A stretch of DNA of 64,000 bases from Eledone cirrhosa (taxonomy: Eukaryota): contig OZ024750.1 in assembly GCA_964016885.1 (NCBI GenBank), positions 496,001-560,000 on the forward strand, given 5' to 3'. Positions 1 through 13,775 of the stretch are shown here, piece after piece. A model generated the notes under the pieces. The model was not told the DNA's origin. It saw only the letters and a program-made list of their open reading frames with translations, and searched no databases. The translations under genes were made by a program, and so were the position numbers. The stretch's first letter is position 1; every line of letters begins with the position of its first letter.

Positions 1-17
1 ACATAGCAGAGTATAAC

Positions 18-148
18 AGTTTTAATATAGATGAGATTCTACAGGACTAGAACTGTTTCATTCATTAGAAATCATCAGGAAGATTCCTGATGATTTCTAA
101 TGAATGAAAACAGTTCTAGTCCTGTAGAATCTCATCTATATTAAAACT
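18..148. mobile_element. Palindromic non-autonomous element (Penelope-like pLTR fragment) abutting (TA)n
   Basis: Arms of about 63 bp (18-80 / 85-148) are reverse complements apart from one indel. The element carries an HHR motif and runs into (TA)n at 149. Confidence 0.6.
81..132 (+). ncRNA. Type I hammerhead ribozyme-like motif
   Basis: Stem I agattc/gaatct; core CTGATGA (87-93); stem II ttc-taat-gaa with U.U closure; GAAA(A); stem III cag-ttctagtc-ctg; GTA triplet. The minus-strand mirror copy has an exact GAAA but a shorter stem I. Confidence 0.55.
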
Positions 149-1448
<1,300 letters not shown>

Positions 1449-1815
1449 GATGAGTTCAACTCTTGCTAGCAAGGAATAATGATGATGATGATGACATATA
1501 TATATATTAAGAACAAAACGTGGTTTCACATTGAGGCTTTTATTGATCAGGCTCAGTTACAGAGTGCTAATATTGGTACCTGTCTGAGGAAACACAAATC
1601 GACTGAATCACTTATTATATATATGTGTGTGTGTACACATATGAGTCAGTTTGCTGCACAAATCTTCATATTGACAACATTTAAAGCAGCCAGTAACATT
1701 AGCTTGTTTCATGACAACATTACACCTTGCTACACAGCAGTATGACAAAAATGTGCAGTATATACCATACTTATAAAAACAAGTGTAGGTTGGTGTGAGA
1801 AGGGCATACAATTAT

Positions 1816-2020
1816 GTCTGATTTAGACACAAGGCCAACAATTTTAGGGGATGGGAATGTCGATTAAATCGACCCCAGTGCTTGTACTGTATTTTATTGA
1901 CCCCATAAGGATAAAAGGCAAAGCTAACTTCGGCAGGATTTGAACTCAGGAGGTGAAGGACCGTAACTCTGCCGCAAAGCATGTCCGACGCTCTACTGAT
2001 TCTGCCAATCCACTGCCCTG
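1816..2020 (-). mobile_element. tRNA-derived SINE, family A
   Basis: Minus strand shows an A-box-like head, B-box GAGTTCAAATCC, and a core gcctttYatccttayggggtcRataaaata. About 12 relatives occur in the window. Confidence 0.8.
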
Positions 2021-2909
2021 CACACAGTCATAACAAAACTATATTGAAGGTCTCATGAAGCTCATGTCACCATGGAAAAGTGGACATGATGATGATCTTG
2101 GTCAAGGGCATTTTACAACACTTGATCCATTGATCTTTTATCGATTGAATCTACATTATTCAGTGGTAGGTAACTTACAGGTTTCAATCATTGACTGGAA
2201 ATAGATCTGCTTCCACAATATTACAGTTACTACACAGTCTCTCTATCTATTGATCTATCTATATACAGGGTGTCCCCAAAAATATATAGACACTGTGTGT
2301 ATGTATATATATATATATATATATAAAATATATATATATATAAAATATGTATATATATAAAATATATATCTATAAAATATATATCTATAAAATATATATA
2401 TATAAAATATATATCTATAAAATATATATCTATAAAATATATATATATAAAATATATATATATAAAATATATATATATATATTATATATCTATAAAATAT
2501 ATATATATATATCTATAAAATATATATATATATATCTATAAAATATATATATATATCTATAAAATATATATCTATAAAATATATATATATATCTATAAAA
2601 TATATATATATATATATATAAAATATATATATATAAAATATATATATATATATAAAAAATATATATATATAAAATATATATATATATATAAAATATATAT
2701 ATATATAAAATATATATACATATATATATAAAATATAAATATATATATAAAATATATATATATATATAAAATATATATATATATATATATAAAATATATA
2801 TATATAAAAAATATATATATATAAAATATATATATATAAAATATATATATATAAAATATATATATATATATATATAGAATATATATATATATAAAATATA
2901 TATATATAA

Positions 2910-3004
2910 TTGGCGGTACTCAGTAATAGAGAAGACCCGCTTTACCTAAATACATAGTAAAACCTACTACAGTCAGTAGGCATCTCTAACAAAATACACC
3001 CCCG

Positions 3005-3005
<1 letters not shown>
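2910..3005 (+). mobile_element. RTE LINE 3'-region fragment
   Basis: Similar to 30578-30670 (agaagacccgc...aaacctac...agtaggcacctct). Confidence 0.65.
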
Positions 3006-3040
<35 letters not shown>

Positions 3041-3769
3041 TATATATATATATATATAAAATATATATATATATATATAAAATATAAAATATATATATAT
3101 ATGTATATACATAAAATATATATATATAAAATATACAATATATATATATATATGTATATATATAAAATATAAAATATATATATGTATATATATAAAATAT
3201 AAAATATATATATATATATATGTATATATATAAAATATATATATATATATATAAAATATATATATATATATATATAAAATATATATATATATATATATAA
3301 AATATATATATATATATATATAAAATATATATATATATAAAATATATATATATATAAAATATATATATATATATATAAAATATATATATATATATATAAA
3401 ATATATATATATATAAAATATATATATATATATATAATATATATATATATATAGAAATATATATATAAAATATATATTTATAAAATATATATATATATAT
3501 ATAAAATATATAAAATATATATATATATATATAATATATATATATATATATAAAATATATATAAAATATATATAAAATATATATATATATATAATATATA
3601 TATATATATAAAATATATATATAAAATATATATATATATAAAATATATATATATATAAAATATATATATATATATATATAAAATATATATATATATATAA
3701 ATATAAAATATATATATATAATATATACGATATTAAAACAAATGGAAACTATATTTATAAAACCATATT

Positions 3770-3835
3770 TATTTTGTTATATATATTTCTGGGATATCAT
3801 ATTAAAAATATGTTATGCCTTCCTCAGACAAAATA
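3770..3835 (-). ncRNA. Type I hammerhead ribozyme (mirror copy)
   Basis: Reverse complement of 3971-4036, with a fully Watson-Crick stem I tattttgt/acaaaata. Confidence 0.65.
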
Positions 3836-3970
3836 CAATACATAAGCTGTTTTATAAATAATTAGTGACATACCTTGTAATAATGCAACTTCCTTTTAAA
3901 AAGTTGATAAAAGGAAGTTGCATTATTACAAGGTATGTCACTAATTATTTATAAAACAGCTTATGTATTG

Positions 3971-4036
3971 TATTTTGTCTGAGGAAGGCATAACATATTT
4001 TTAATATGATATCCCAGAAATATATATAACGAAATA
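3971..4036 (+). ncRNA. Type I hammerhead ribozyme (minimal palindromic stem III)
   Basis: Stem I tattttgt/acgaaata; CTGAGGA 3979-3985; stem II 3986-4016 (11 bp with mismatches, A.A closure); GAAA 4017-4020; tatata; TA. Confidence 0.65.
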
Positions 4037-4255
4037 AATATGGTTTTATAAATATAGTTTCCATTTGTTTTAATATCGTAAACCTACTCCAGAAACTGTT
4101 GAGTGCTTTTATATCAGTTATAAAATATTTACTCGTTGTAACCCAACAATCTTAAATAAAACTTTTGCATATATATAATATATATATATATAATATATAT
4201 ATATAATATAATATATAATATATATATATAATATAATATATAATATATATATATA

Positions 4256-4286
<31 letters not shown>

Positions 4287-4295
4287 ATATATAAT

Positions 4296-4338
<43 letters not shown>

Positions 4339-4456
4339 TATATATATATATATATAAAATATATATATATATATATATATAAAATATATATATATATATA
4401 TATATAAAATATATATATATATATATATATAAAATATATATATATATATATATAAA

Positions 4457-4488
<32 letters not shown>

Positions 4489-4506
4489 TATATATATATA
4501 TATAAA

Positions 4507-4565
<59 letters not shown>

Positions 4566-4707
4566 TATATATATATATATAAAATATATATATATATATA
4601 TATATAAAATATATTAAAATATATATATATAAAATATATATATATATATATATATAAAATATATATATATATATATATATAAAATATATTAAAATATATA
4701 TATATAT

Positions 4708-4754
<47 letters not shown>

Positions 4755-4781
4755 TATATAAAATATATATATATATATAAA

Positions 4782-4813
<32 letters not shown>

Positions 4814-4828
4814 TATATATATATATAT

Positions 4829-4869
<41 letters not shown>

Positions 4870-5424
4870 TATATATATATAAAATATATATATATATAAA
4901 ATATATATATATATATATAAAATATATATCTCTTTTACTCTTTTACCTGTTTCAGCCATCCGGCTGAATATATATAAAAAAAATATATATATATATAAAA
5001 AATATATATATATAAAATATATATACATTTATAAAATATATATATATATATATAAAATATATATAAAATATATATACATTTATAAAATATATATATATAT
5101 ATAAAATATATATATATATAAAATATATATACATTTATAAAATATATATACATTTATAAAATATATATACATTTATAAAATATATATATATATATAAAAT
5201 ATATATATATATATATAAAATATATATATATATATAAAATATATATATATATATATAAAATATATATATATATATAAAATATATATATATATATAAAATA
5301 TATATATATATATAAAATATATATATATATATAAAATATATATATATATAAAATATATATATATATATAAAATATATATATATATAAAATATATATATAT
5401 ATAAAATATATATATATATATAAA

Positions 5425-5483
<59 letters not shown>

Positions 5484-5486
5484 TAT

Positions 5487-5517
<31 letters not shown>

Positions 5518-5525
5518 AAATATAT

Positions 5526-5557
<32 letters not shown>

Positions 5558-5584
5558 AAATATATATATATATATAATATATAT

Positions 5585-5616
<32 letters not shown>

Positions 5617-5663
5617 ATATATATATATATATAATATATATAATATATATATATATATAAAAA

Positions 5664-5695
<32 letters not shown>

Positions 5696-5944
5696 TATAT
5701 AAAATATATATATATATATATAAAATATATATATATATATAAAATATATATACATTTATAAAATATATATATATAAAATATATATATATATATAAAATAT
5801 ATATATATATAATATATATATATATATAAAATATATATATATATAAAATATATATATATATATAAAATATATATATATATATAAAATATATATATAGTAA
5901 ATATATATATATAAAATATATATATATATATAAAATATATATAG

Positions 5945-6865
5945 ATATATATAGATATACTTATATATATATATATATATACTTATATATATCATAAAAC
6001 ATGTCTATAGAATCACAAGATAAAATATATACTATTTCCTCTCCCAATTAGCATAATTAACTATATAAAAAATCGAATAGACCAGGCTATATGAATGAGG
6101 CTTCTATGAAGGAATCTCCGACAAATAACCAAAACTAGCGCCTCGCGTCGGCCATAGCGGAATATTTATCGAATATTTCGACAGCGTAATCGCCCAGATA
6201 TAGTCAACTAAACAGAATTAGGTTTAAAATAAACCAGGAGAAAATAGAATACATTTAAATACCTCTACCATGGTTTCGTCCGTGTTTTGAGATACAAATT
6301 TGGCTGTATTGTGCTGTGCTTTCTAGCAAAAATGCCACCAGTCGTAAGCAACTACCACACCCCTTCCAACTTGACCGTGACTACGTCACGATTTTTAGCC
6401 ATTTTGAAATGAATTCTCGGCGCGATCGCTTTGGAAAATTTAATGTCTAGATATGAGCGAGCTTCCTGAAGAATCCGGCGCTCGAGTTTATATAATTATT
6501 ACATAATTATTGGAAAACTCAAAACACGGACGAAACCATGGTAGAGGTATTTAAATGTATTCTATTTTCTCCTGGTTTATTTTAAACCTAATTCTGTTTA
6601 GTTGACTATATCTGGGCGATTACGCTGTCGAAATATTCGATAAATATTCCGCTATGGCCGACGCGAGGCGCTAGTTTTGGTTATTTGTCGGAGATTCCTT
6701 CATAGAAGCCTCATTCGTATAGCCTGGTCTATTCGATTTTTTATATAGTTAATTATGCTAATTGGGAGAGGAAATAGTATATATTTTATCTTGTGATTCT
6801 ATAGACATGTTTTATGATATATATAAGTATATACATATATATATATAAGTATATCTATATATATA
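5945..6865. mobile_element. Long inverted-repeat element (Penelope-like inverted pLTR) in (TA)n
   Basis: Arms 5979-6291 and 6518-6830 differ at about one position and the symmetry continues into the microsatellite. Spacer is 226 bp, with an HHR at the spacer/arm junction. Confidence 0.75.
6461..6548 (+). ncRNA. Type I hammerhead ribozyme with extended stem II
   Basis: Stem I gcttc/gaggt; CTGAAGA 6466-6472; stem II tccg/cgga extended by gagttt/aaactc and ataattat/ataattat; GAAA 6532-6535; palindromic ccatgg; GTA triplet. Confidence 0.7.
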
Positions 6866-6962
6866 TAAGTATATCTATATATATAAGTATATATATATAT
6901 AACTATATAAGTATATATATATATAACTATATAAGTATATATATATATATATATACATGTGT

Positions 6963-6998
<36 letters not shown>

Positions 6999-7574
6999 TA
7001 GCAAATATTGATGTGTTTGATAGTCAATTATTATAGACTGTAGAGAAGACTCATTAAATTACCAACCAGTATTTCTGACCTTTTAACTATATTTTATCAA
7101 ACAAAGGGTTTTTTGCTAAATATAGATTTGAAACCTAAAATTTGTACCTAAAATATATTCACTGTATAATTATTGTTAATGTTATCACTGTTCTGTCATT
7201 ATTATTACCTATTGCACATCTCTTATCAATATTAGATATAATTGCCAACACCAACACTGTCACCACCACCACCAATACCATAGCTGCAATCACCACCACT
7301 GTCACTACAACTACAACAACTACAACAACCTCATGACTATTATTCATCATTAAAAAAATAATAAAATAAAAATCTAGATGCTTTAAATAGATTGTAACTA
7401 TTTTCCATAACATATTATTTCAGAACTAAGTTGTACAGCACACCCAAATGCGCCTTAAGTGTAATACTACATAACAAGATGAGTCAGGCACTTGCTTTGA
7501 GCCAGTTAAGGAGCCTTTACATGGTCATTTGAACTGTTAGAAATAGTAGTTAAATCTCCCCTAAATCACATTTC

Positions 7575-7775
7575 ATCATCACCGTTTAACATTCAGTTTT
7601 CCATACTAGCATGGGTTAGACGAGCTGTCCTGTTGTAGTCAAGTCAGGTCAGATGACCATGTCTGCTCCTACAGAACTGTTTCTAGCTTGGTTTTTACAG
7701 CTGGATGCCCTTCCTAATGTCAAACACATTTACAGTGTGGACTGAGTGTTTTTTATTGTGTCACCAACATTAACA
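7575..7775 (-). mobile_element. SINE/RTE 3' tail fragment
   Basis: Minus strand reads ...taggaagggcatccagctgtaaaaacc...catgctagtatggaaa...(gat)n, as in 30810-30995. Confidence 0.7.
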
Positions 7776-8433
7776 AATGGAAGGAAGCATTAGATCAGTA
7801 TTTTCTACCTGTTTAACATGTTTTCTTCCATGTCATATGATGGCACCTCAACACAAATGAGATATTTTTCAGTATAACAACATTTTTGCTGTTAAAAAGA
7901 TATAAGGGGTAAAACTCAGAAACATTGTCCCAGAAAATAGTCAAATCTCTCCCAGATTAATATGAAGACATAAGAGGGTTGAAAGGAAGAAGAAATGGTA
8001 TCATGCCAGAATAAAGTTGTACCCAGTTTAGAATATGTACACTGTATCCCTACAAATCCTGTGAGGTGACTAAAATGGTTGGCACCAGGAAAGGCATTTG
8101 GTTTTCAAAAAGGACCCCATGACCAAAGATTTGTCTGCCATAGACCCCCCAGTCTTCAAATATTTGTCAGTAATCCATCTTTGCAAAAATGAATTACAAT
8201 AGAAATTGAAGCACTATTTCAGTAGGATTATATAAAGAAATTCTCTCATTTTTACAACTGTCTGTTAATAAGACAAACGTTTGAAAATCATAAAACTGTG
8301 AAACTGGTAAAGTTATTCTAAATAAATCTTCTTAAAGACTCCAATTGCATTTACATCTTTTTCCTATATATATATGTATATATATATATATAATATATAT
8401 ATATATATCCATGCCAGCATGGAAAATAGAAGT

Positions 8434-8472
<39 letters not shown>

Positions 8473-8799
8473 ACATATATATACACATACAAAGAGAGAG
8501 AGAGAGAGAAATTTTATTAGAATGAAAATGAAACCGAAATGTAAATTAAAGATTTAAGAGTGAGCTGTCTGACATGTACCATTTATAAAAGCTGAAGTGA
8601 AATATAATCATAAATCCAATCCCTTCAAAAAAACAAGAAAAATAATTAATTAACCGAGTCAATTTATTCCCATCATTACCATCGTTAGTTTATGTCATGT
8701 AACAGTCTTCAGGCTATCTTCTCTCGTAACAAATATGCATGAAATGCTTTGTAAAATTAGAAAGTCGAATAAATATAATTCGGAAAAAATATATATACA

Positions 8800-8890
8800 T
8801 ACAGGGTGTCCCAAAAATGTATACACATTTTGATGTATACACAGGCAATATTTATTAGTATGTTGTTGAAGTGTGTATACATTTTTATAT
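8800..8890 (+). mobile_element. Tc1/mariner-like mini-MITE (tacagggtgtcccaaaa) interrupted by a second MITE
   Basis: The same terminus is seen at 2264-2290 and 51127-51200. Confidence 0.5.
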
Positions 8891-8891
8891 T

Positions 8892-9072
8892 TATGAGGGT
8901 CGGCTGAAAAGTTCAGAATCTGACTATGAAGGATTGATGCTAGAGCTGTGAAATCTTGCATGCATTAATTTCAAATCTTTCTTTTTAATAACTGCATTGT
9001 TTCTTTCCAGGGACTATGTTGAAAAATAAACCTCATTTGGTCATTCCATGAACATTTCAGCCACCCCTCATA
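8892..9072 (+). mobile_element. Mariner-derived MITE (about 200-bp family)
   Basis: TIR TA-YgagggtcggctgaaaagttcataggctgAC with TA flanks; nine copies or partial copies in the window. Confidence 0.85.
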
Positions 9073-9320
9073 TATATACACACACACACGTGTGTGTGTG
9101 TATGTGTGTGTGTGCAAATAAAAAAGCAAAGTAAATCTCAAAATACACAAAAAAAACATTTAAAAAATTTTATTCTAAATTTTTTCTTCAAATTTTCAGA
9201 GAAATAATGTGAAAAAGAAAAAGAAAAAACCTGAAAAAATGTGAATTCTGACACAAAGAAGTTCTTGGACTAAACAAGAACTTCTAATTTGAAATAATTA
9301 CAACAATGAGTGTGATTAAA

Positions 9321-10000
9321 ATGTGTGTAGAGAAAGGTGTGTGTAGAGAAAGGTCTGTGCAGAGAAAGGTCTGTGTAGAAACAGGTGTGTAGAGAAAGGT
9401 GTGTGTAGAGAAAGGTCTGTGCAGAGAAAGGTCTGTGTAGAAACAGGTATGTGTAGAGAAAGGTGTGTGTAGAGAAAGGTCTGTGTAGAAACAGGTATGT
9501 GTAGAGAAAGGTGTGTGTAGAGAAAGGTGTGTGTAGAGAAAGGTTTGTGTAGAGAAAGGTGTGTGTAGAGAAAGGTGTGTGTAGAAACAGGTGTGTGTAG
9601 AGAAAGGTTTGTGTAGAGAAAGGTGTGTGTAGAAACAGGTGTGTGTAGAGAAAAGTGTGTGTAGAGAAAGGTGTGTGTAGAGAAAGGTGTGTGTAGAGAA
9701 AGGTCTGTGTAGAAACAGGTGTGTGTAGAGAAAGGTGTGTGTAGAGAAAGGTTTGTGTAGAGAAAGGTGTGTGTAGAGAAAGGTGTGTGTAGAGAAAGGT
9801 GTGTGTAGAAAAAGGTGTGTGTAGAGAAAGGTTTGTGTAGAGAAAGGTGTGAGTAGAAACAGGTGTGTGTAGAGAAAGGTTTGTGTAGAGAAAGGTGTGT
9901 GTAGAGAAAGGTGTGTGTAGAGAAAGGTGTGTGTAGAGAAAGGTGTGTGTAGAGAAAGGTTTGTGTAGAGAAAGGTGTGTGTAGAGAAAGGTTTGTGTAG
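9321..10000. repeat. 16-bp minisatellite (agagaaaggtgtgtgt)n
   Basis: Read directly from the sequence, about 42 units. Confidence 0.95.
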
Positions 10001-10399
10001 GTGAAGATATGTGTACACAGAAATATGTGTAGACAAAGAGAGTTTTTGTAGCTAGAGAATATAGTTATTACTGGTTGTTCATTAAACGAAACCCTGGGAG
10101 AGATGGTGTTGCTATTACAGTCTATGCTGGTTTATATGGTTTCCTCCTATGGTGTTGCATTTAACTGGAGTTTCCTTGATTGTTTTAATGATATTGGGGC
10201 CCCAGCCTTATCATAAAAAATTCCCACCTTGACTAGACACATGTCTGAAGCAGACATGTTAACCCCCAGATGGTACTAATTTTTTTTTTTTAGCTGATTG
10301 GACTGAAGCAACGTTAAATAAAGCATCTTATTCAAGGAAACAATGCAGCACCTGATGATGAGGAGTTCAACACCCTAAACACTGGGTCACATGACCAAC

Positions 10400-10560
10400 A
10401 ATTCTAGGGCAGGGAAAAGTCAATTAAATTGACCCCAGTACTTGACTGGTACTTAATATCAACCGAGGAAAGATGAACGACAAAGTTAAAATCAGCAGGA
10501 TTTGAACCCAGAATGTAAAGACTTGGAAGGAATGTCACATTCTAGGGATTCTACCAGTTA
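10400..10560 (-). mobile_element. tRNA-SINE family A copy
   Basis: gaccccagtacttgactggtac...ggatttgaacccagaa. Confidence 0.65.
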
Positions 10561-10837
10561 ACCCCCTCTAATTATTAATGTCCTGTATCACATGGAACCA
10601 CATTAGTAAGACATACTTGAAAAATATAAAATAGAACTATGACTGCATCACATTAAAAATTGAAGTCCTTGCTCTAATATTGTAAATTTTTATGACGATC
10701 TGTCTAATAGCAAAAACACTATAAACATTTGAATCAACAAAACTATCTTGACATATTCTCTGCTAAATTATTAAAAGTTACTGTATATACTTGAATCTAA
10801 GCCAAGGAATATGTGACCAAAGAATCGATGGTAGAAA

Positions 10838-10976
10838 GGTGTCGGCTTATATTCGGGGGTCAATATTTTGATGATTTTCATCAACTTCAAATTCTACGTA
10901 AATAAGGTTTAGATTTGTATCCCATTTCTCAGACATAAAATAGTGGGGTCGGCTTATATTCGAGTATATAAGGTAA
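10838..10976. mobile_element. Tc2/pogo-like MITE end
   Basis: Ends ggtcggcttatattcgagtatataaggta; related copy at 32565-32635. Confidence 0.55.
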
Positions 10977-11256
10977 ATATTTGTATTTTTTCATAGGCAG
11001 AAAGCCAGACATTTGGAGGGAGCAATTAGTTGATAAAATCAACATTAAATAATTTGAATTTAGAATACAATGAGATAAAACTAAGCAGCATAAGGCATTT
11101 TATTCTGTCAGTTCCTCACCATGCTAAAGCTGATAAAAAATAAGCATATAACATGGATATTAAAAACCTAAAATATATCTGGAAGATCTTTAGCTTTCTA
11201 ATTTTGGTAAAAAGTTTTATAAATGTTACAATTGAGCAATAAGTTTTTCTGTTGTT

Positions 11257-11379
11257 TCACATGAAAGTCGTATCATCCAAACTGGGTTTGTTCTGAGATC
11301 GAGATTCAAATAATTCTCTAATCAAGGCAGATTTTTCTTGTTCAAGCAACGTTATCTTGTCACATTTGGTTGAAATCTC
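11257..11379 (-). CDS. SAPCD2: SAPCD2-like exon 6 (last): EISTKCDKITLLEQEKSALIRELFESRSQNKPSLDDTTFM*
   Basis: ttttacag acceptor, phase 0, TGA at 11259-11257. Matches the recalled SAPCD2 C-terminus (ITQLEQEKSALIKQLFEAR...STFI). Confidence 0.93.
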   Translation of the reverse strand, partial: EISTKCDKITLLEQEKSALIRELFESRSQNKPSLDDTTFM

Positions 11380-11546
11380 CTGTAAAATCAATAAATAAAG
11401 ATAAATTGATTAGCCATTAAGACAGGCATCCAGCTATAGAAACCTTGCCAAAAAGAAACATTGAGCAAGAAGTGGTATTGCTATCTCAAACTGACTAGGA
11501 GCACAGAGTGGCTTTGATTAAATACTGACTTGGTCTGTACTGATCA

Positions 11547-11728
11547 ATGGTGGTGGTGGTGGTAGAGGTGGTGGTGGTGGTGGTGGTGGTGGTGGGCTTG
11601 ATGGTTGTGGTGGTGGTGGTAGTGGTGGTGGTGGTGGGCTTGATGGTTGTGGTGGTGGTGGTAGTAGTGGTGGTGGTAGTGGTGATGGTGGTAGGCTTGA
11701 TGGTTGTGGTGATGACACTGATGATGAT
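11547..11728. repeat. (GGT)n/(GAT)n compound microsatellite in intron 5
   Basis: Read directly from the sequence. Confidence 0.9.
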
Positions 11729-11846
11729 ATGTATGAGTGTATATGTTTCTATGTAGGGAGGTATTTATTTATAAGATTTATTCAACTCTAAATTGAAGGA
11801 AACCTCAACTAGAGGTTCACTATATGGCGCCATTATGGTTACTTGC

Positions 11847-11954
11847 CTGTGTTAGTTGCCTGTTCTGTTCTTTTAACATCTTCATACGTCCTTCTTCTGA
11901 TGGAATTGTCTGACCAACATTACTAACAGCTAAATTCATGTGTAGTGGGAAACC
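11847..11954 (-). CDS. SAPCD2: SAPCD2-like exon 5: GFPLHMNLAV...MLKEQNRQLTQ
   Basis: tttcag acceptor, 108 nt, phase 0/0, GC donor CAG|GCAAGT; LKEQNRxLTQ motif. Confidence 0.9.
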
Positions 11955-12009
11955 CTGAAATATAATTAGTGAATAGATAAATAAATGAATAAATAAGTAT
12001 TTCAAACCA

Positions 12010-12470
12010 TCATCATCATCATTTTATGTCCATTTTTCCATGGGTTTGATGGGTTTGGTGAGTCTTTTCCAGTCCTCTACATATTGCATCTCTTTGTATT
12101 CTCTTCTGTGAGGTTCAGCATTTTGAGATCAGCTTTCACCACTTCTACCCAGGTCTTCCTCTACTGCAGCTTCCTTCCACTTCTTTACTCAACATCATTA
12201 TCCATAAGTATCACTTGCCCATACCAACACAGTCTTCTCTCTTGCACACTACATTTGATTCCTCTTATGCCCAGCTTTCTCTCAGATCTCAGCTCATCCA
12301 TACTTTATTGTCCACACACATTAACATTATACCCATTTCTCTCAAACCTTTACACATTCTTTGCCTTCACCAGCCGTCATGGATGTGTGACATTACACTT
12401 TGCACACAAATATCATACAATCTACCCTTCACTTGCAGAGAAAATCCCTTTGTTATCAACAGAGGACTTT
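12010..12470 (-). mobile_element. RTE LINE 3' fragment (decayed)
   Basis: Minus strand resembles KGFSLQVKGRLYD...RRLCWYGQV; (gat)n tail at about 12010-12020. Confidence 0.8.
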
Positions 12471-13478
12471 AGAAAGTGTAGTGAGTGCATTTTATTGACA
12501 CCAACTACTACTTTACTGAGTGCACTCAGTATATTTTATCGTGGTACTAATACTAACATTTAACAGAGTGTTCTGAGTGCATTTTATTGCACCAACGCTA
12601 GAGAAGTTGTTGTCCTCAACAATTTCATATATTTACTTCTATCTCTGATAAAATCAAACTAATTAACCTACATGGGATAACACAGTTACCTGTATGATTC
12701 CCAAGTTTACCCCCACCCCCATCCACACACACCTTCCGCTAATTGTAGTTTCTTTCTTCAGTATTCAACATTATAACAAACAGTTACCAAACCCAGTTGA
12801 AAAGAAGAAACGAAGGAAAGAAAAGAAAACTACGTATTCTACGACTCCATCATTGTAATTCTTATGTAAGCAACTATTTAACTAAAACAAAATAATTAAC
12901 AGTTGGTATATCAGGTGCAATTGAATAATTAGTGAAGCAGAGGAATTAGTAAATGAAAGAGCTAATTAGAATGTTGTTCTTTTAGATTGAAACGTTGACA
13001 TTTAAAATACCAACCATATAATGTATATAACAAGTATCAACACAACAACAATCACCATAAATGTGATAAATTTTCCTAAAATTATAGATTTGTATATAAT
13101 TAAGTATTTAGATGATAATTTCAGTACAAATTACAACCTCAACTTTTTCTCCTTGAATTTATCCAGTTTAATCCATGCAAGCATGGAAAAATGGATGCTA
13201 AACAGTGATGGTGGTGTTGGTGGTGGTGGTGGTGGTGGTAATGATGATGCATCAACTATATTTTACAAAAAGAAGTTATACTTTTGTGTTCCTCTTATTT
13301 TAAATCAATAAACATTTATTATTACATAATTATAATACTGAACTGTGTGGTTGTTATGGGGGTTGGGTTTTTATTGGTTTCCTTGTTTCTTTGATACTCG
13401 ATACTTCCAGATAATTCTTTATTCACTGACATCAGACACTTTGTCTATTTCTGTCTTCACTTTTTTATGTATATGTGT

Positions 13479-13513
<35 letters not shown>

Positions 13514-13775
13514 AGAGAGAGACCAGTGTTGGAACTAATTGATTGACATGAAATGTCACAGTCGTTATATGAGACTAATTGATAAACAAAGTTTAGTTTT
13601 ATTAACGATGTAATGTAATTAACACCACACAAAGACAATAACTGTTAATTAAGAAGAGATACAGTGGAGTGTTGGGCTCTGGCTGAGGCCCTCTACAACA
13701 CATGTATACCCTTAAAACAAAACTTTTCAGTGGGGGAGGGGGGGTGAATATGTTGAGGTATTTGTTCATAAAATG

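Larger units (their letters stand above)
3726..4080. mobile_element. 355-bp palindromic element with an HHR in each arm
   Basis: Arms 3726-3898 and 3908-4080 are near-perfect inverted repeats with a 9-nt loop, inside (TA)n. Confidence 0.75.
2300..5990. repeat. (TA)n microsatellite field with AAA interruptions, containing inserted elements
   Basis: Read directly from the sequence; interrupted at 2910-3005, 3726-4170 and 4928-4970. Confidence 0.97.

Noticed and set aside
9284-10036. 250-aa ORF and similar ORFs at 18957-19943, 35796-36989 and 48697-49588
   Set aside because: Minisatellite translations with no splice or homology support.
11098-11103. AATAAA 155 nt after the SAPCD2 stop
   Set aside because: A plausible poly(A) signal, but the hexamer is too common in AT-rich DNA to call without transcripts.
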